NCBI GenBank assembly: GCA_945971245.1
Contig: CAMFOZ010000001.1
Span: forward strand, 140 to 64,139
Origin: an uncultured Lactobacillus sp.
GTDB taxonomy: Bacteria > Bacillota > Bacilli > Lactobacillales > Lactobacillaceae
Length of the DNA stretch: 64,000 nt
Reading direction: 5' to 3'
A model generated the notes under the pieces. It was not told where the DNA came from and did not search any database. It saw nothing but the letters and a program-made list of their open reading frames with translations. Below, one piece after another: positions 53,358 to 62,547 of this stretch (its first letter is position 1; every line of letters starts with the position of its first letter). Position numbers and translations under genes: made by a program.

Positions 53358-53807
53358 ATGCTTACTAAAGAATGGATTAAGCACAAAGCACACCAAGTAG
53401 TCTATTCCGCTGGTACTCACGATCCTTTTAAGATCTGCGAAGCTAATAACATCCCGGTTTATCATCACGATCTTGGTAAACAGATCATGGCCTACCACAC
53501 CACTATAAAAAGAATACCCGCTATCGTATTATCAACACGGAATAGCGAGTTTGAAGATAATTATGCTTGTGGTCACGAATTGGGCCATCACTTCTGTCGA
53601 CACAAAGGTAATGCGGAGTGTTTGCAGCGAAGCAATCGTCGCTTCGTTACATACGGTGATGAGTTCGAGGCTAACGAGTTTATGGCAGACATGTTCCTAG
53701 ATGGTATAGACATTGATGACTATGAAACTAAGGATCAGTTAATGATGGCCTGCCACATTCCTACGTGGGCCGAGAAATACATTGACTGGGATTCAGTAAT
53801 TAAATAA
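53358..53807 (+). CDS. ImmA/IrrE-family zinc metalloprotease
   Basis: HELGHH motif. ATG 53358 with GTGAGGTGA SD (track start 53271). Confidence 0.8.
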   Translation: MLTKEWIKHKAHQVVYSAGTHDPFKICEANNIPVYHHDLGKQIMAYHTTIKRIPAIVLSTRNSEFEDNYACGHELGHHFCRHKGNAECLQRSNRRFVTYGDEFEANEFMADMFLDGIDIDDYETKDQLMMACHIPTWAEKYIDWDSVIK

Positions 53808-53855
53808 AGTACGTCCAAACGTGAATGACGTTAAAAGCTATTGGGAGGTCAAACA

Positions 53856-54365
53856 ATGGATTTAGATGAATTCAAACGTGTATTAGATAGGCAGGAGAAA
53901 GCAGAGCTAGATATGTCTTCTGCTGTAATTGCTCAATTAAACCACTACCATGATGATATTAAGAAGTTGGCAAGTTACTGCTCGGACTTAGTAGATTCAC
54001 AGGGTAACAAGATTGCTATCGATACCTATAAAATTGGGCTGTTCCGAACACACGCTTTCGATTGGAGGGGCGAAACCGATGGCGTAGTTTACCTCGATAT
54101 GCTTGAACCCCAGATCGCTATTGATATACGGGATACCTCGCACGATGAAGAAGATATTGAACTGGGTATCCCTAAGGGGCCAGCTATGCCAATGAAATTA
54201 ACAGCTAATAATTTAGCTTGTTGCATAGCCGACAATAACAACTTTGAAATGGCTATGCTTGCTACAAATCCAAACACGCTTATTAAATACGCTGTTGAAG
54301 ATGGCAATAAACGAGTCAAGGATATCAACAATCGAATTAAAGAATTCAACGGAGGGAACAATTAA
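53856..54365 (+). CDS. lysogeny-module hypothetical protein (169 aa)
   Basis: ATG 53856 with GGGAGG SD. Confidence 0.55.
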   Translation: MDLDEFKRVLDRQEKAELDMSSAVIAQLNHYHDDIKKLASYCSDLVDSQGNKIAIDTYKIGLFRTHAFDWRGETDGVVYLDMLEPQIAIDIRDTSHDEEDIELGIPKGPAMPMKLTANNLACCIADNNNFEMAMLATNPNTLIKYAVEDGNKRVKDINNRIKEFNGGNN

Positions 54366-54970
54366 TGCATATCTGGGCACACATTTTCTTTTACCTATCG
54401 ATCATAGTTATCTTATTGTTGGTAGCTATGTTGTTTACTCCCGAAGGTAGAGTAAGAGCTAAATCCAACAAGACTAAATACGCGTTTGTAATTCTATTTT
54501 GGGCCTGCATCGGCGTGTATACTCACAACATCTATAAACCATCGAGCTCCACATCTGCCACTAGTCAGCAAGTCACTAGTGGGTATCAGCAATTAGGCCA
54601 CAAGATTAAAAAGAGCGAAGCCAAGAAAGATAAGGATGGATTCTATTACACCGATAAGACGGATAAAAAGATCCGCTACTTTACAGATGATGATGGCACT
54701 ATCACCGCTGTTAAGTGTAACTTCATGCCAAATCCAATGGGCTATACTGCCGTGCAGAGTAAACTTAACGGCATCTTGAATGATGACCACGTTAAATATG
54801 GCAATGATAAACTTGACGCAGATGAGACAGATCTCAAAGGCGATAACTATAACGTCTACTCACCTAAGCATAAGAAGTGGTACCACATGTCTATTCAAAA
54901 GGACGATGATGGCAAGGTATCTGAATTCAGTGTTTGGCCAGGTAAGCAAGGGCAAGGCGATATAGAATAA
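54365..54970 (+). CDS. membrane-anchored lysogeny-module protein (201 aa), possible superinfection exclusion factor
   Basis: Two N-terminal TM helices, then a soluble domain. Sits between the repressor module and the integrase. Confidence 0.55.
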   Translation: MHIWAHIFFYLSIIVILLLVAMLFTPEGRVRAKSNKTKYAFVILFWACIGVYTHNIYKPSSSTSATSQQVTSGYQQLGHKIKKSEAKKDKDGFYYTDKTDKKIRYFTDDDGTITAVKCNFMPNPMGYTAVQSKLNGILNDDHVKYGNDKLDADETDLKGDNYNVYSPKHKKWYHMSIQKDDDGKVSEFSVWPGKQGQGDIE

Positions 54971-55051
54971 AAACGTTAAGACGGTCAAATCCGTGGCCGT
55001 TTTAAATATCACGTTTTGAGAACATATGTTCTTATAAAGGAGGTGGTGCCT

Positions 55052-55087
55052 ATGCAAAATAAAAAAGCCTATTTACTACTGCAATAG
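55052..55087 (+). other. 11-codon mini-ORF (MQNKKAYLLLQ) with a strong SD, overlapping a hairpin upstream of int
   Basis: AAGGAGGTGG at 55037-55046, ATG 55052, TAG 55085-55087. Confidence 0.3.
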
Positions 55088-55128
55088 TAAACAGGCTTAA
55101 GATCGTCATTCTTACTGCAATAAGAATG
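55066..55128 (+). promoter_or_regulatory. two adjacent hairpins sharing the loop motif tactgcaata
   Basis: agcctatttacta-ctgca-atagtaaacaggct (55066-55097) and cattctta-ctgcaa-taagaatg (55107-55128). Confidence 0.5.
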
Positions 55129-55212
55129 GCATTAGAGTTAAAAATACTGCTGACACATTATTTTTAACTCCTTCATTATAGCATTGGTATTTATATGAAT
55201 GGAGGAATTATT

Positions 55213-56409
55213 ATGTGGGTTCACCCATATAAAAGTAACGAAGAACGTAAAGGTAAAATCGTCGAAGTGACTCATTACCAGTTTCTCGAACGATATAAGG
55301 ACCCAAAAACCGGTAAAAATAAAACGGTTTCCGTTTCTTATGACCGTAACACACCGCAAGTTCGCAAAGAAGCAACGAAGAAGCTGGAGAAAAAGATAGA
55401 GAAGAAGATTCGAGAAGTTGAAGCGAGCAACACAGATATTACGTTAGAAGAGCTGAAAGATGAGTTCTTGGATTACTATAAGCACCACGTTGCATTGAGA
55501 ACATACCTGATTAATAAGTCTGTTCTTAAAACAACCTGCAAGATTCTCGGCGGTGACACACTTGCTCGGCGTATAACGACACCTATGCTTAACAAATATT
55601 TTGACGATCGTCTCTACAACGAAGACAAGCCAGTCTCAAACAGCACAGTAAGAAATACTCGTAAAGCATTATCGCTTGCCTACAAGTTTGCTAATCGCTA
55701 TGGGCTCTTAACCGTTAATCCCGTCAAAGACACACAAGTTAACTGGCGGGACGAGGTTGATGCCCGTCGAGATCGTATTGAAAATAAGTACCTGACGCGC
55801 GATGAATACCATAAGATCTTGGATTACTGCGCTAAAAAGCATAAGCAATATTATGTTGACGCATTTGAACTTCAATATCTCACCGGACTACGCTTCGGTG
55901 AATTAATTGGCTTACAGGTTAAAGACGTTATCAAACAAGATGGACGGATCTATCTTGATATCAACGGAACTATGGTAGTAACTGATGATCACTCTAAACA
56001 AGTTAAATCAGATCGAACCAAAAGCATTTCTGGTATTAGGCGGATCATTCTTTCTAAAGACGCTACTGAGATCGTGGAGCGCAACATTAAGGGCAAGAAA
56101 GCCAATGATTGGATAATTACCCGGCCCGCATCCTATAATCTCCCAGAACGTCCCCTGAAGCTAAATACGATAGACACATTTCTTAGGAGAACAGCTAAGA
56201 GATTGGGGATTGAAAAGAATGTTACTACCCACTTCTTCCGACACACGCACGTTTCAAACCTCGCCGATTTGGATGTTCCCCTTCGAGTAATTCAGAAACG
56301 GGTTGGCCACGCCAACAGCGAAATTACTCGGCGAATATATCTACACGTAACTAAGCGTACAAGCGAAAAGTTCGTTGATATGATTGACTCAATAGACAAG
56401 CTAAATTAG
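55213..56409 (+). CDS. int: tyrosine integrase
   Basis: C-terminal HFFRHTHVS...RVGHAN...RIYLH catalytic pattern. ATG 55213 with GGAGGA SD. Confidence 0.9.
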   Translation: MWVHPYKSNEERKGKIVEVTHYQFLERYKDPKTGKNKTVSVSYDRNTPQVRKEATKKLEKKIEKKIREVEASNTDITLEELKDEFLDYYKHHVALRTYLINKSVLKTTCKILGGDTLARRITTPMLNKYFDDRLYNEDKPVSNSTVRNTRKALSLAYKFANRYGLLTVNPVKDTQVNWRDEVDARRDRIENKYLTRDEYHKILDYCAKKHKQYYVDAFELQYLTGLRFGELIGLQVKDVIKQDGRIYLDINGTMVVTDDHSKQVKSDRTKSISGIRRIILSKDATEIVERNIKGKKANDWIITRPASYNLPERPLKLNTIDTFLRRTAKRLGIEKNVTTHFFRHTHVSNLADLDVPLRVIQKRVGHANSEITRRIYLHVTKRTSEKFVDMIDSIDKLN

Positions 56410-56463
56410 TTCTTATTTTTGCTATATTGATGCAATATTGGCTAATTTAAGGATTATAAATAA

Positions 56464-56499
56464 CCCCTACAGGCCGCGGCCTATAGGGGTTTCTTTGTT
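56464..56499 (+). terminator. terminator after int (also usable on the minus strand)
   Basis: cccctacaggccgc / gcggcctatagggg stem followed by tttctttgtt. Confidence 0.7.
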
Positions 56500-56507
56500 G
56501 ATTGTCG

Positions 56508-56530
56508 AGTTGTCTTGAAGACAACTTTTT
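56508..56530. terminator. hairpin agttgtct-tga-agacaact followed by a T-run
   Basis: 8-bp stem in the int-rluB intergenic region, where the att site must lie. Confidence 0.45.
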
Positions 56531-56605
56531 AATTTTACAATTTTAATTCTATCGATTTCTTTGCGAGCTGTCAATAATTTTGTCTAGGCCTGCACAAGCT
56601 ATTAA

Positions 56606-57322
56606 CTATAGTTGTTTCAACTTAGTAACTTCTTCGGGCCGCAATTCACGGAATTCTCCCGACTGCAGTCCCTGCAAGTTCAAGAAACCGTATGTCTCCC
56701 GGTGCAACTTAATTACCGGGTGACCAACGGCTTCAAACATCCGCTTGACCTGGTGGTAACGACCTTCATGAATTGTCAACTGTACCAGACTGGTCTGATG
56801 ATGGCGGTCAACTTCCTTTAGCCTGGTCTTAGCCGGCTTGGTCTTCCGCCCATCAACCCGGACCCCAAGCCGCAGCCGTTTCAACTCATCGTTTTGAATA
56901 ATCCCCTTGACCTTTGCAACATAGGTCTTGGCAACCTCGAAGCGGGGATGCATCAGCTTGTTAGCTAGGGCCCCATCGTTTGTCAGGAGGAGAATTCCGG
57001 TCGTGTCATAGTCTAACCGGCCAACTGGGTAGATCCGCTCCTCAATCTCGTCTTCGCGGAGAATATCCACCACGGTCTTGCGCCCCTTGTCATCGTGGGC
57101 ACTGGAGATAACTCCCCGCGGCTTATTTAATAGGTAGTAAACGTGTGGTTCCCGGTGAATTGGTACCCCGTCAACCTCGACCTTATCACGACGACTGACC
57201 TTGGTTCCCAGTTCGGTAACCGTCTCACCATTGACCTGAACCCGGCCACTTTGAATTAGCTTTTCAGAGGCGCGCCGGGAGGCTACTCCCGCGGTGGCCA
57301 TCACTTTTTGTAATCTCTCCAT
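56606..57322 (-). CDS. rluB: 23S rRNA pseudouridine synthase RluB-type (S4 domain plus RsuA/RluB catalytic domain)
   Basis: VASRR S4 motif and GRLDYDTTGILLLTNDG catalytic motif. Confidence 0.85.
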   Translation of the reverse strand: MERLQKVMATAGVASRRASEKLIQSGRVQVNGETVTELGTKVSRRDKVEVDGVPIHREPHVYYLLNKPRGVISSAHDDKGRKTVVDILREDEIEERIYPVGRLDYDTTGILLLTNDGALANKLMHPRFEVAKTYVAKVKGIIQNDELKRLRLGVRVDGRKTKPAKTRLKEVDRHHQTSLVQLTIHEGRYHQVKRMFEAVGHPVIKLHRETYGFLNLQGLQSGEFRELRPEEVTKLKQL

Positions 57323-57925
57323 TTAATCTTTTCCTCCTTGCTTGCGGGACTGGAACGCTGCTAAAAAGAGATCCCCACTCAGGTCGGCACTATCGAGGTC
57401 CTCTTGCTCCGGCAGCGGTGGCAGATCCTCCAGTGACGACAGGCCGAAGTAGTCCAGAAAGCTTTCCGTCGTGACGTAGCGAAATGGCCGACCAGGAGCA
57501 TCCAGGCGACCATGGGTATCCACCAGTCCCCGGGCCATTAGCTTCTGCAGTGAACCCGAGCTCTGCACTCCCCGGATTTCGTCGATTTCTAGACGGGTGA
57601 TCGGCTGGCGGTAGGCGATGATTGCCAAGACCTCTAATAGGGCATTCGTCAGCGGAACCGTCAGTGGAATCTCAAAGTATTGCTTGATCACCGGGGCCAG
57701 TGCTGGCTTGGTGGCTAAACGGTAAGTCTGGCCACTGTGCAAAATTACCAGTGCACTGTTAGGATCAGCCGCATAGCGTTCAGCTAGTTTGTCAAGGGTG
57801 GCGGTGATTGCCGGCTTCATAAAGCCCGTGATTTTCGCCAAGTCACCAACCGTGATCCCTTCATCCCCGCTGATGAACAGCAGGCCTTCAATCTGGGCGG
57901 TATTCGTTATTTCGGTAGTCATCAC
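57323..57925 (-). CDS. scpB: segregation and condensation protein B
   Basis: [13 protein letters not shown]...[24 protein letters not shown]. Confidence 0.9.
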   Translation of the reverse strand: MMTTEITNTAQIEGLLFISGDEGITVGDLAKITGFMKPAITATLDKLAERYAADPNSALVILHSGQTYRLATKPALAPVIKQYFEIPLTVPLTNALLEVLAIIAYRQPITRLEIDEIRGVQSSGSLQKLMARGLVDTHGRLDAPGRPFRYVTTESFLDYFGLSSLEDLPPLPEQEDLDSADLSGDLFLAAFQSRKQGGKD

Positions 57926-58682
57926 TCTTCAAACCTTCCTTGATAATTATTGGTGCAAACAGGCCCGCCTGCTCGATATGGACGGCCTGGTGCTTAGCCA
58001 GTTCCAGGATCGCCAGGAAAGTGGTTACCAGCTCATCCTTCGTCACCGCACTCGTCAACAGGTCAACAAAGCGCTGCGGACCGGCCAGCACTTTTTCAAA
58101 GACCGTCTGCATCTGCTGAGCCACGCTGACCTTCTCGGCCGCCACCGTTTCCACGGCCGGCTGAATAAAGCGGTGGCGCTTAAGAACCTGGGCAAAGGCT
58201 TCCTGGAGCTGGTCAAGGCTCACCCCGGGTGCAACCTGCTCACTCACCAGGTCACGGGGAACCCGCATTGCCGGTCGGGTATACTCCTGTTGACGGTAGC
58301 TCTCCTTATCCTTGAGATGGTCGGCCGCCTTCTTGTAACGCTGGTATTCAATCAGTTGGTCGACCAGCTCTTGCCGGGGATCAACCGGTTCTTCCGCCGG
58401 TTCCTCATCGTCAAGCGGTGGTGCTTGGGGAAGCAGGAGCTGACTCTTGATCCGCATCAGGGTGGAGGCCATCACAAAATACTCGCCGGCAATTTCCAAG
58501 CGGTGGGCCTTCATCTGGTGAAGGTAGTCCATGTACTGACTGGTAATGGTCGCAATCTTAATATCATAGATATCCATCTTGGCTTCCCGGATTAGGTGCA
58601 ACAGGAGGTCAAGGGGCCCCTCAAATCCGCCAAGCTTTAAAGTTGGCTGTTGACTAGCCGTTACGGTCTCATTTTCACTCAT
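57888..58682 (-). CDS. scpA: segregation and condensation protein A
   Basis: [12 protein letters not shown]...EYQRYK pattern; upstream of scpB. Confidence 0.9.
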   Translation of the reverse strand: MSENETVTASQQPTLKLGGFEGPLDLLLHLIREAKMDIYDIKIATITSQYMDYLHQMKAHRLEIAGEYFVMASTLMRIKSQLLLPQAPPLDDEEPAEEPVDPRQELVDQLIEYQRYKKAADHLKDKESYRQQEYTRPAMRVPRDLVSEQVAPGVSLDQLQEAFAQVLKRHRFIQPAVETVAAEKVSVAQQMQTVFEKVLAGPQRFVDLLTSAVTKDELVTTFLAILELAKHQAVHIEQAGLFAPIIIKEGLKSDDYRNNEYRPD

Positions 58683-59031
58683 TAGCCTTCCCCCACGTTG
58701 TAATCAATGGTTGCGTACTCAGGGTCCCCATCAGCCGCCGGTCCGGGTATTCCTCGTGAATGGCGTTCAGGAGGGCATAAACATTGCGTCCGGACCGTTC
58801 GCTCGGAGTAAACGAGATTCGGCGAAGCAGGACATAGTCGGTTCCCAATTCCAAGATAACTACGGCAATGAAATGATTGTCTTCCTGGTCCTTCCAGAGG
58901 TAGATTGGGTTCTCCTCCTCCAGGGCCCAGTGAAGCTCATCCTTGAATCGCCGCTCATCACGAAGCTCAGGAAGCAGAGAGAGTAATCCCATTGCGATCT
59001 TTTGGTAGTCTTTTCGATAGCGTACTAACAT
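58675..59031 (-). CDS. RibT-like GNAT-family protein
   Basis: Position upstream of scpA, as for Bacillus ribT. The likely start is ATG 59031 (SD GAAGAGGGG). Confidence 0.5.
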   Translation of the reverse strand: MLVRYRKDYQKIAMGLLSLLPELRDERRFKDELHWALEEENPIYLWKDQEDNHFIAVVILELGTDYVLLRRISFTPSERSGRNVYALLNAIHEEYPDRRLMGTLSTQPLITTWGKANE

Positions 59032-59050
59032 ATCTATTCCCCTCTTCGTT

Positions 59051-59941
59051 TCATGCCCGTGGATGGTATTTTTCATAGGTCGCGGCAAGTTCCTGCGGCG
59101 TGACCTTCAGGTAGGGCCGCAGCATGCGGAGCTCAGTATAGCCCAACATCTCCTGAACTACCTGACCACTGGCCCCCCGCGAAAGCATCTGGACAGCCAG
59201 CGTGTAGCGAAAGGTTTGGGGCGTCACCTGCTTGGTGATCCCCGCCTGCTGAACCCATTTTTTGAAATTCTTCCAGATGCCCTGGCGGGTCAATGGGCGC
59301 CCGTGGGCATTGAGAAAGACGGCGCTCTGATCACCATCAACTAGTTGGGGACGAACTGTCTTCAAGTAGCGCTCAAGCCACTGCACCGTTGGCCGCCCCA
59401 GTGGCACCATGCGTTCATGCTGGGCATTCCCCTGTAATTGCACAAACTTGATATCAAGGTGGAGGGCCGTCAGCGGCAGGGTTGCTAACTCTGTCACCCG
59501 CATCCCGGTCGCATCGAGTAATTCTAAGATTGCCCGGTCACGAATTCCCAGCGGGGTTGTCGTGTCCGGCACGGCGAGGAGGCGGTCAACCTCCTCCTCC
59601 GTCAAGATCACTGGCGATGCCAACTGTGCGCTTGCTGGACGGTGGTCAATCGTCTCCATCGGGTTGGCAACCAATTGCTGCTGCCGAACCAGGTAGTGGA
59701 AGAATTGACGCAGGCTTGAAATCAGCCGGTTAATGGTTGCCACCGATTTACCAGCCTGTTGCTGCGCCGTCAGGAAATCCATCACCGCATAACGGTCAAC
59801 TGCCTGCCAAGTGGTGACCCCCTGCTGGGTAAAGAAATCCTTAGCCTTCACCAGGTCACGCCGGTAGTTATCCCGCGTATTCACTGCCAGCCCCCGCTCG
59901 TCCTTAAGCATCGTAATGAAGGCAGTAATCTCATCCATCAT
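59051..59941 (-). CDS. xerD: tyrosine recombinase XerD
   Basis: 296 aa. RDRAILELL...HERMVPLG...TFRYTLAVQML...LGYTEL. Confidence 0.85.
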   Translation of the reverse strand: MMDEITAFITMLKDERGLAVNTRDNYRRDLVKAKDFFTQQGVTTWQAVDRYAVMDFLTAQQQAGKSVATINRLISSLRQFFHYLVRQQQLVANPMETIDHRPASAQLASPVILTEEEVDRLLAVPDTTTPLGIRDRAILELLDATGMRVTELATLPLTALHLDIKFVQLQGNAQHERMVPLGRPTVQWLERYLKTVRPQLVDGDQSAVFLNAHGRPLTRQGIWKNFKKWVQQAGITKQVTPQTFRYTLAVQMLSRGASGQVVQEMLGYTELRMLRPYLKVTPQELAATYEKYHPRA

Positions 59942-59943
59942 TT

Positions 59944-60822
59944 TTAATCATTCTTTTCTAAGAGGATTAACCGGCCATCCTTTTCCTCAACCAGCCGTTC
60001 CTTAAGCAGGTGCCCAACCGCCCGCTTAAATTGACCCTTACTGATCCCGAATACGGACCGGATTAGCTTCGGATCGCTCTTGTCAGTGTATGGCAGACGA
60101 TGGTGCTGGTCCTGCTTTAACATTGCCAACAGCATCTGGGCATCCTCACCGATTGCTTGATAGGCCCGGGGCTTCAATGAAAGGTTAAGGCTATTGTGCG
60201 ATGAGATCCCGATTACCCGGGCCTTAACGCGTTGCCCCAGCCGGGGTTCCTGATCCCGCTCGCTCGGGTGAATGAAGCCCAGGTGGTAGCCATCCGTCAA
60301 AACATGGGTCCCGTTAAGCTTTAACCGGTAAACCGTCGCGTAGGTATCGTGATTCTGCAGCCGCGGTGATGGTGCCGCTGAGATGGTGTTGAAGATGGCA
60401 TCATCGGCCAGCTTCCCCCAGATCCGGTCCTTATTATCAACCGTCAGGGCAATCATCAAACGGTCACCCGGTTGCGGCCACAGGTGCTTGGGTTCCGGTA
60501 GGTCATCCAAGGAAACCACAATGTCCTTGTTCGGTAAGCCGATGTCGACAAACACCCCGAGATCACGCCGGACTCCAACCACGGTTCCAAAGTCATAGTG
60601 GTCAACCTGAACTGTTGGGATGTGCTGACAGGTCATCTGTAACTGGTGATCTTCATTCTCATACACAAAACCCCGAACCTGGCCACCGATGTGCAGAACC
60701 TGGGGACTCTCTTCCTTTGGCAGGCGGTATGTCTGCCCGTTCCGCGCTGGTTGAACAAAGTAATAATCATCGTTTTCGTCGATCATAACCGCCGAAACGA
60801 CTTTTCCTAATGCAGAGTTCAT
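59944..60822 (-). CDS. cvfB: CvfB/YitL-family S1 domain RNA-binding protein
   Basis: Repeated S1-like segments and a C-terminal wHTH-like GISKGQFKRAVGHLLKERLV. The likely start is ATG 60822. Confidence 0.7.
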   Translation of the reverse strand: MNSALGKVVSAVMIDENDDYYFVQPARNGQTYRLPKEESPQVLHIGGQVRGFVYENEDHQLQMTCQHIPTVQVDHYDFGTVVGVRRDLGVFVDIGLPNKDIVVSLDDLPEPKHLWPQPGDRLMIALTVDNKDRIWGKLADDAIFNTISAAPSPRLQNHDTYATVYRLKLNGTHVLTDGYHLGFIHPSERDQEPRLGQRVKARVIGISSHNSLNLSLKPRAYQAIGEDAQMLLAMLKQDQHHRLPYTDKSDPKLIRSVFGISKGQFKRAVGHLLKERLVEEKDGRLILLEKND

Positions 60823-60900
60823 ATTCTTACCCCACTTATCTCTTCTAGATTGCATACTAGAACTATTTTACACGGCGAACCCGCCTTTGACCAGTTTCCG

Positions 60901-60936
60901 ACAAAACAAAAAAGAGCACGACCGTAATCGTACTCT
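60901..60936 (-). terminator. terminator after pyk
   Basis: Minus strand AGAGUACGA-UUACGG-UCGUGCUCU followed by UUUUUUGUUUUG. Confidence 0.75.
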
Positions 60937-60958
60937 TTTCATTTAACGTTAATAACGA

Positions 60959-62380
60959 TTAGTCAATCGTCTTAACCCGCATCAGGTTAGTAGCACCTGG
61001 GACACCCAAAGGCACACCAGCAACGATGATGATCTTGTCACCCTTCTTAGCGAAGCCGAGTTCAACTGCCTTTTCAGCAGCCAGGTCAAACATCTTGTCA
61101 GTATCCTTCATTTCAGAAACAACGTAAGGTTGAACACCCCAGTTGATCATGAGGCCCCGTTCTACCCGCTCGTTAGGAGTGAGGGCAACGATGTCGGCGT
61201 TAGGACGGTACTTGGAGATCATCTTAGCAGTGTAGCCTGAAGCAGTGTAGGCAACAATGGTGTGGATGTCCAAGTCCTTAGCAGCGTTAGCAACTGCAGA
61301 ACCGATCGTTTCAGTAACGTCAGACTTGTCCCAATCAAAGGTTTCAGTACCGAATTCCCAAAGGTGGTTTTCAGCCTTGATGTCAATAGCGTTCATCATA
61401 GCAACAGACTTAACTGGGTAGTCACCGTTGGCACTTTCACCAGAAAGCATCGTTGCATCAGTACCATCAAAGACGGCGTTAGCAACGTCAGATACTTCAG
61501 CACGAGTTGGACGTGGGTTTTCTTGCATGGAGTCAAGCATTTGGGTAGCAGTGATAACTGGCTTACCTAATTCGTTGCACCGCTTGATCATGTGCTTCTG
61601 AACGATTGGCACATTTTCAGCAGGAATTTCAACACCCATGTCACCACGAGGAACCATCAGACCATCAGAAACTTCGATGATTTCTTCGAAGTTGTCGATA
61701 CCTTCTTGAGATTCGATCTTAGGGAAGATTTGAACGTCTTCCATGTTCTTTTCCTTGAGGAGTTCACGAATGTCAAGAACGTCTTGAGCCTTACGAACGA
61801 ATGAAGCAGAGATGTAGTTGATCTTGTTATCAAGACCGAAACGAATGTCACTGCTGTCCTTTTCAGTAATCCCTGGCAGGTTGATGGAAACACCTGGGGC
61901 GTTAACACCCTTGCGTGAACCAAGAACACCGTGGTTCAGAACGTGGCAAACTAATTCCTTGTTTGCTTCGTCCTTTTCATCGATCAGCATGTCGATCAGA
62001 CCATCGTCAAAGAGAACGTGGCCACCAACATGAGTATCGTCGTACAGACCTGGGTAGGTAACGGCGATCTTGTCGTGGGTACCTTCTAATGAAGCATCCA
62101 TGGAAATACGAACCTTGTCACCAATGTTGTATTCGATCTTACCGTCCTTTTGAACAGTAGTCCGAATTTCAGCACCCTTAGTATCAAGCATGATACCAAC
62201 GTGCTTACCAGTGATCTCTTCGGCCTTCTTAACGTTTTGCATCCGGCCCAAGTGTTCTGGGTGGTCACCGTGTGAGAAGTTGAAACGGAAAATGTTTGCT
62301 CCCGCTTGGATCAGCTTAACAATCGTATCAACATCAGTACTTGCAGGACCAAGGGTACTTACAATCTTGGTTTTCTTCAT
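60959..62380 (-). CDS. pyk: pyruvate kinase
   Basis: MKKTKIVSTLGPAS...NFSHG...MVPRGDMGVEIP. Confidence 0.95.
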   Translation of the reverse strand: MKKTKIVSTLGPASTDVDTIVKLIQAGANIFRFNFSHGDHPEHLGRMQNVKKAEEITGKHVGIMLDTKGAEIRTTVQKDGKIEYNIGDKVRISMDASLEGTHDKIAVTYPGLYDDTHVGGHVLFDDGLIDMLIDEKDEANKELVCHVLNHGVLGSRKGVNAPGVSINLPGITEKDSSDIRFGLDNKINYISASFVRKAQDVLDIRELLKEKNMEDVQIFPKIESQEGIDNFEEIIEVSDGLMVPRGDMGVEIPAENVPIVQKHMIKRCNELGKPVITATQMLDSMQENPRPTRAEVSDVANAVFDGTDATMLSGESANGDYPVKSVAMMNAIDIKAENHLWEFGTETFDWDKSDVTETIGSAVANAAKDLDIHTIVAYTASGYTAKMISKYRPNADIVALTPNERVERGLMINWGVQPYVVSEMKDTDKMFDLAAEKAVELGFAKKGDKIIIVAGVPLGVPGATNLMRVKTID

Positions 62381-62547
62381 AAATGAATCTCTCCTTTACA
62401 TTTATGCATCAACTGCGGTCTGCAATTGCATCCCTCATTTGCACACTTGTATAATAGCACTTTTCAAAAACAGTGTCTTTAATTTTTGTGTAGAAATTAT
62501 CAAGAAACCGCTATCACTTCAAAATTGACGATAATTCTCATTTAGAT

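Larger units (their letters stand above)
1..56500. mobile_element. temperate siphovirus-type prophage (integrase-proximal end in window; other end beyond position 1)
   Basis: Complete lysogeny, replication, packaging, head and tail modules. Tyrosine integrase sits at the right edge, followed by GC-richer housekeeping genes. Confidence 0.9.

Noticed and set aside
56410-56605. Attempt to define the attR core sequence
   Set aside because: The matching attL copy lies beyond position 1, so no repeat pair can be identified within this window.
57789-58595. 268-aa plus-strand ORF antisense to scpA/scpB
   Set aside because: GC-rich antisense frame with no SD, overlapping two well-supported housekeeping genes.
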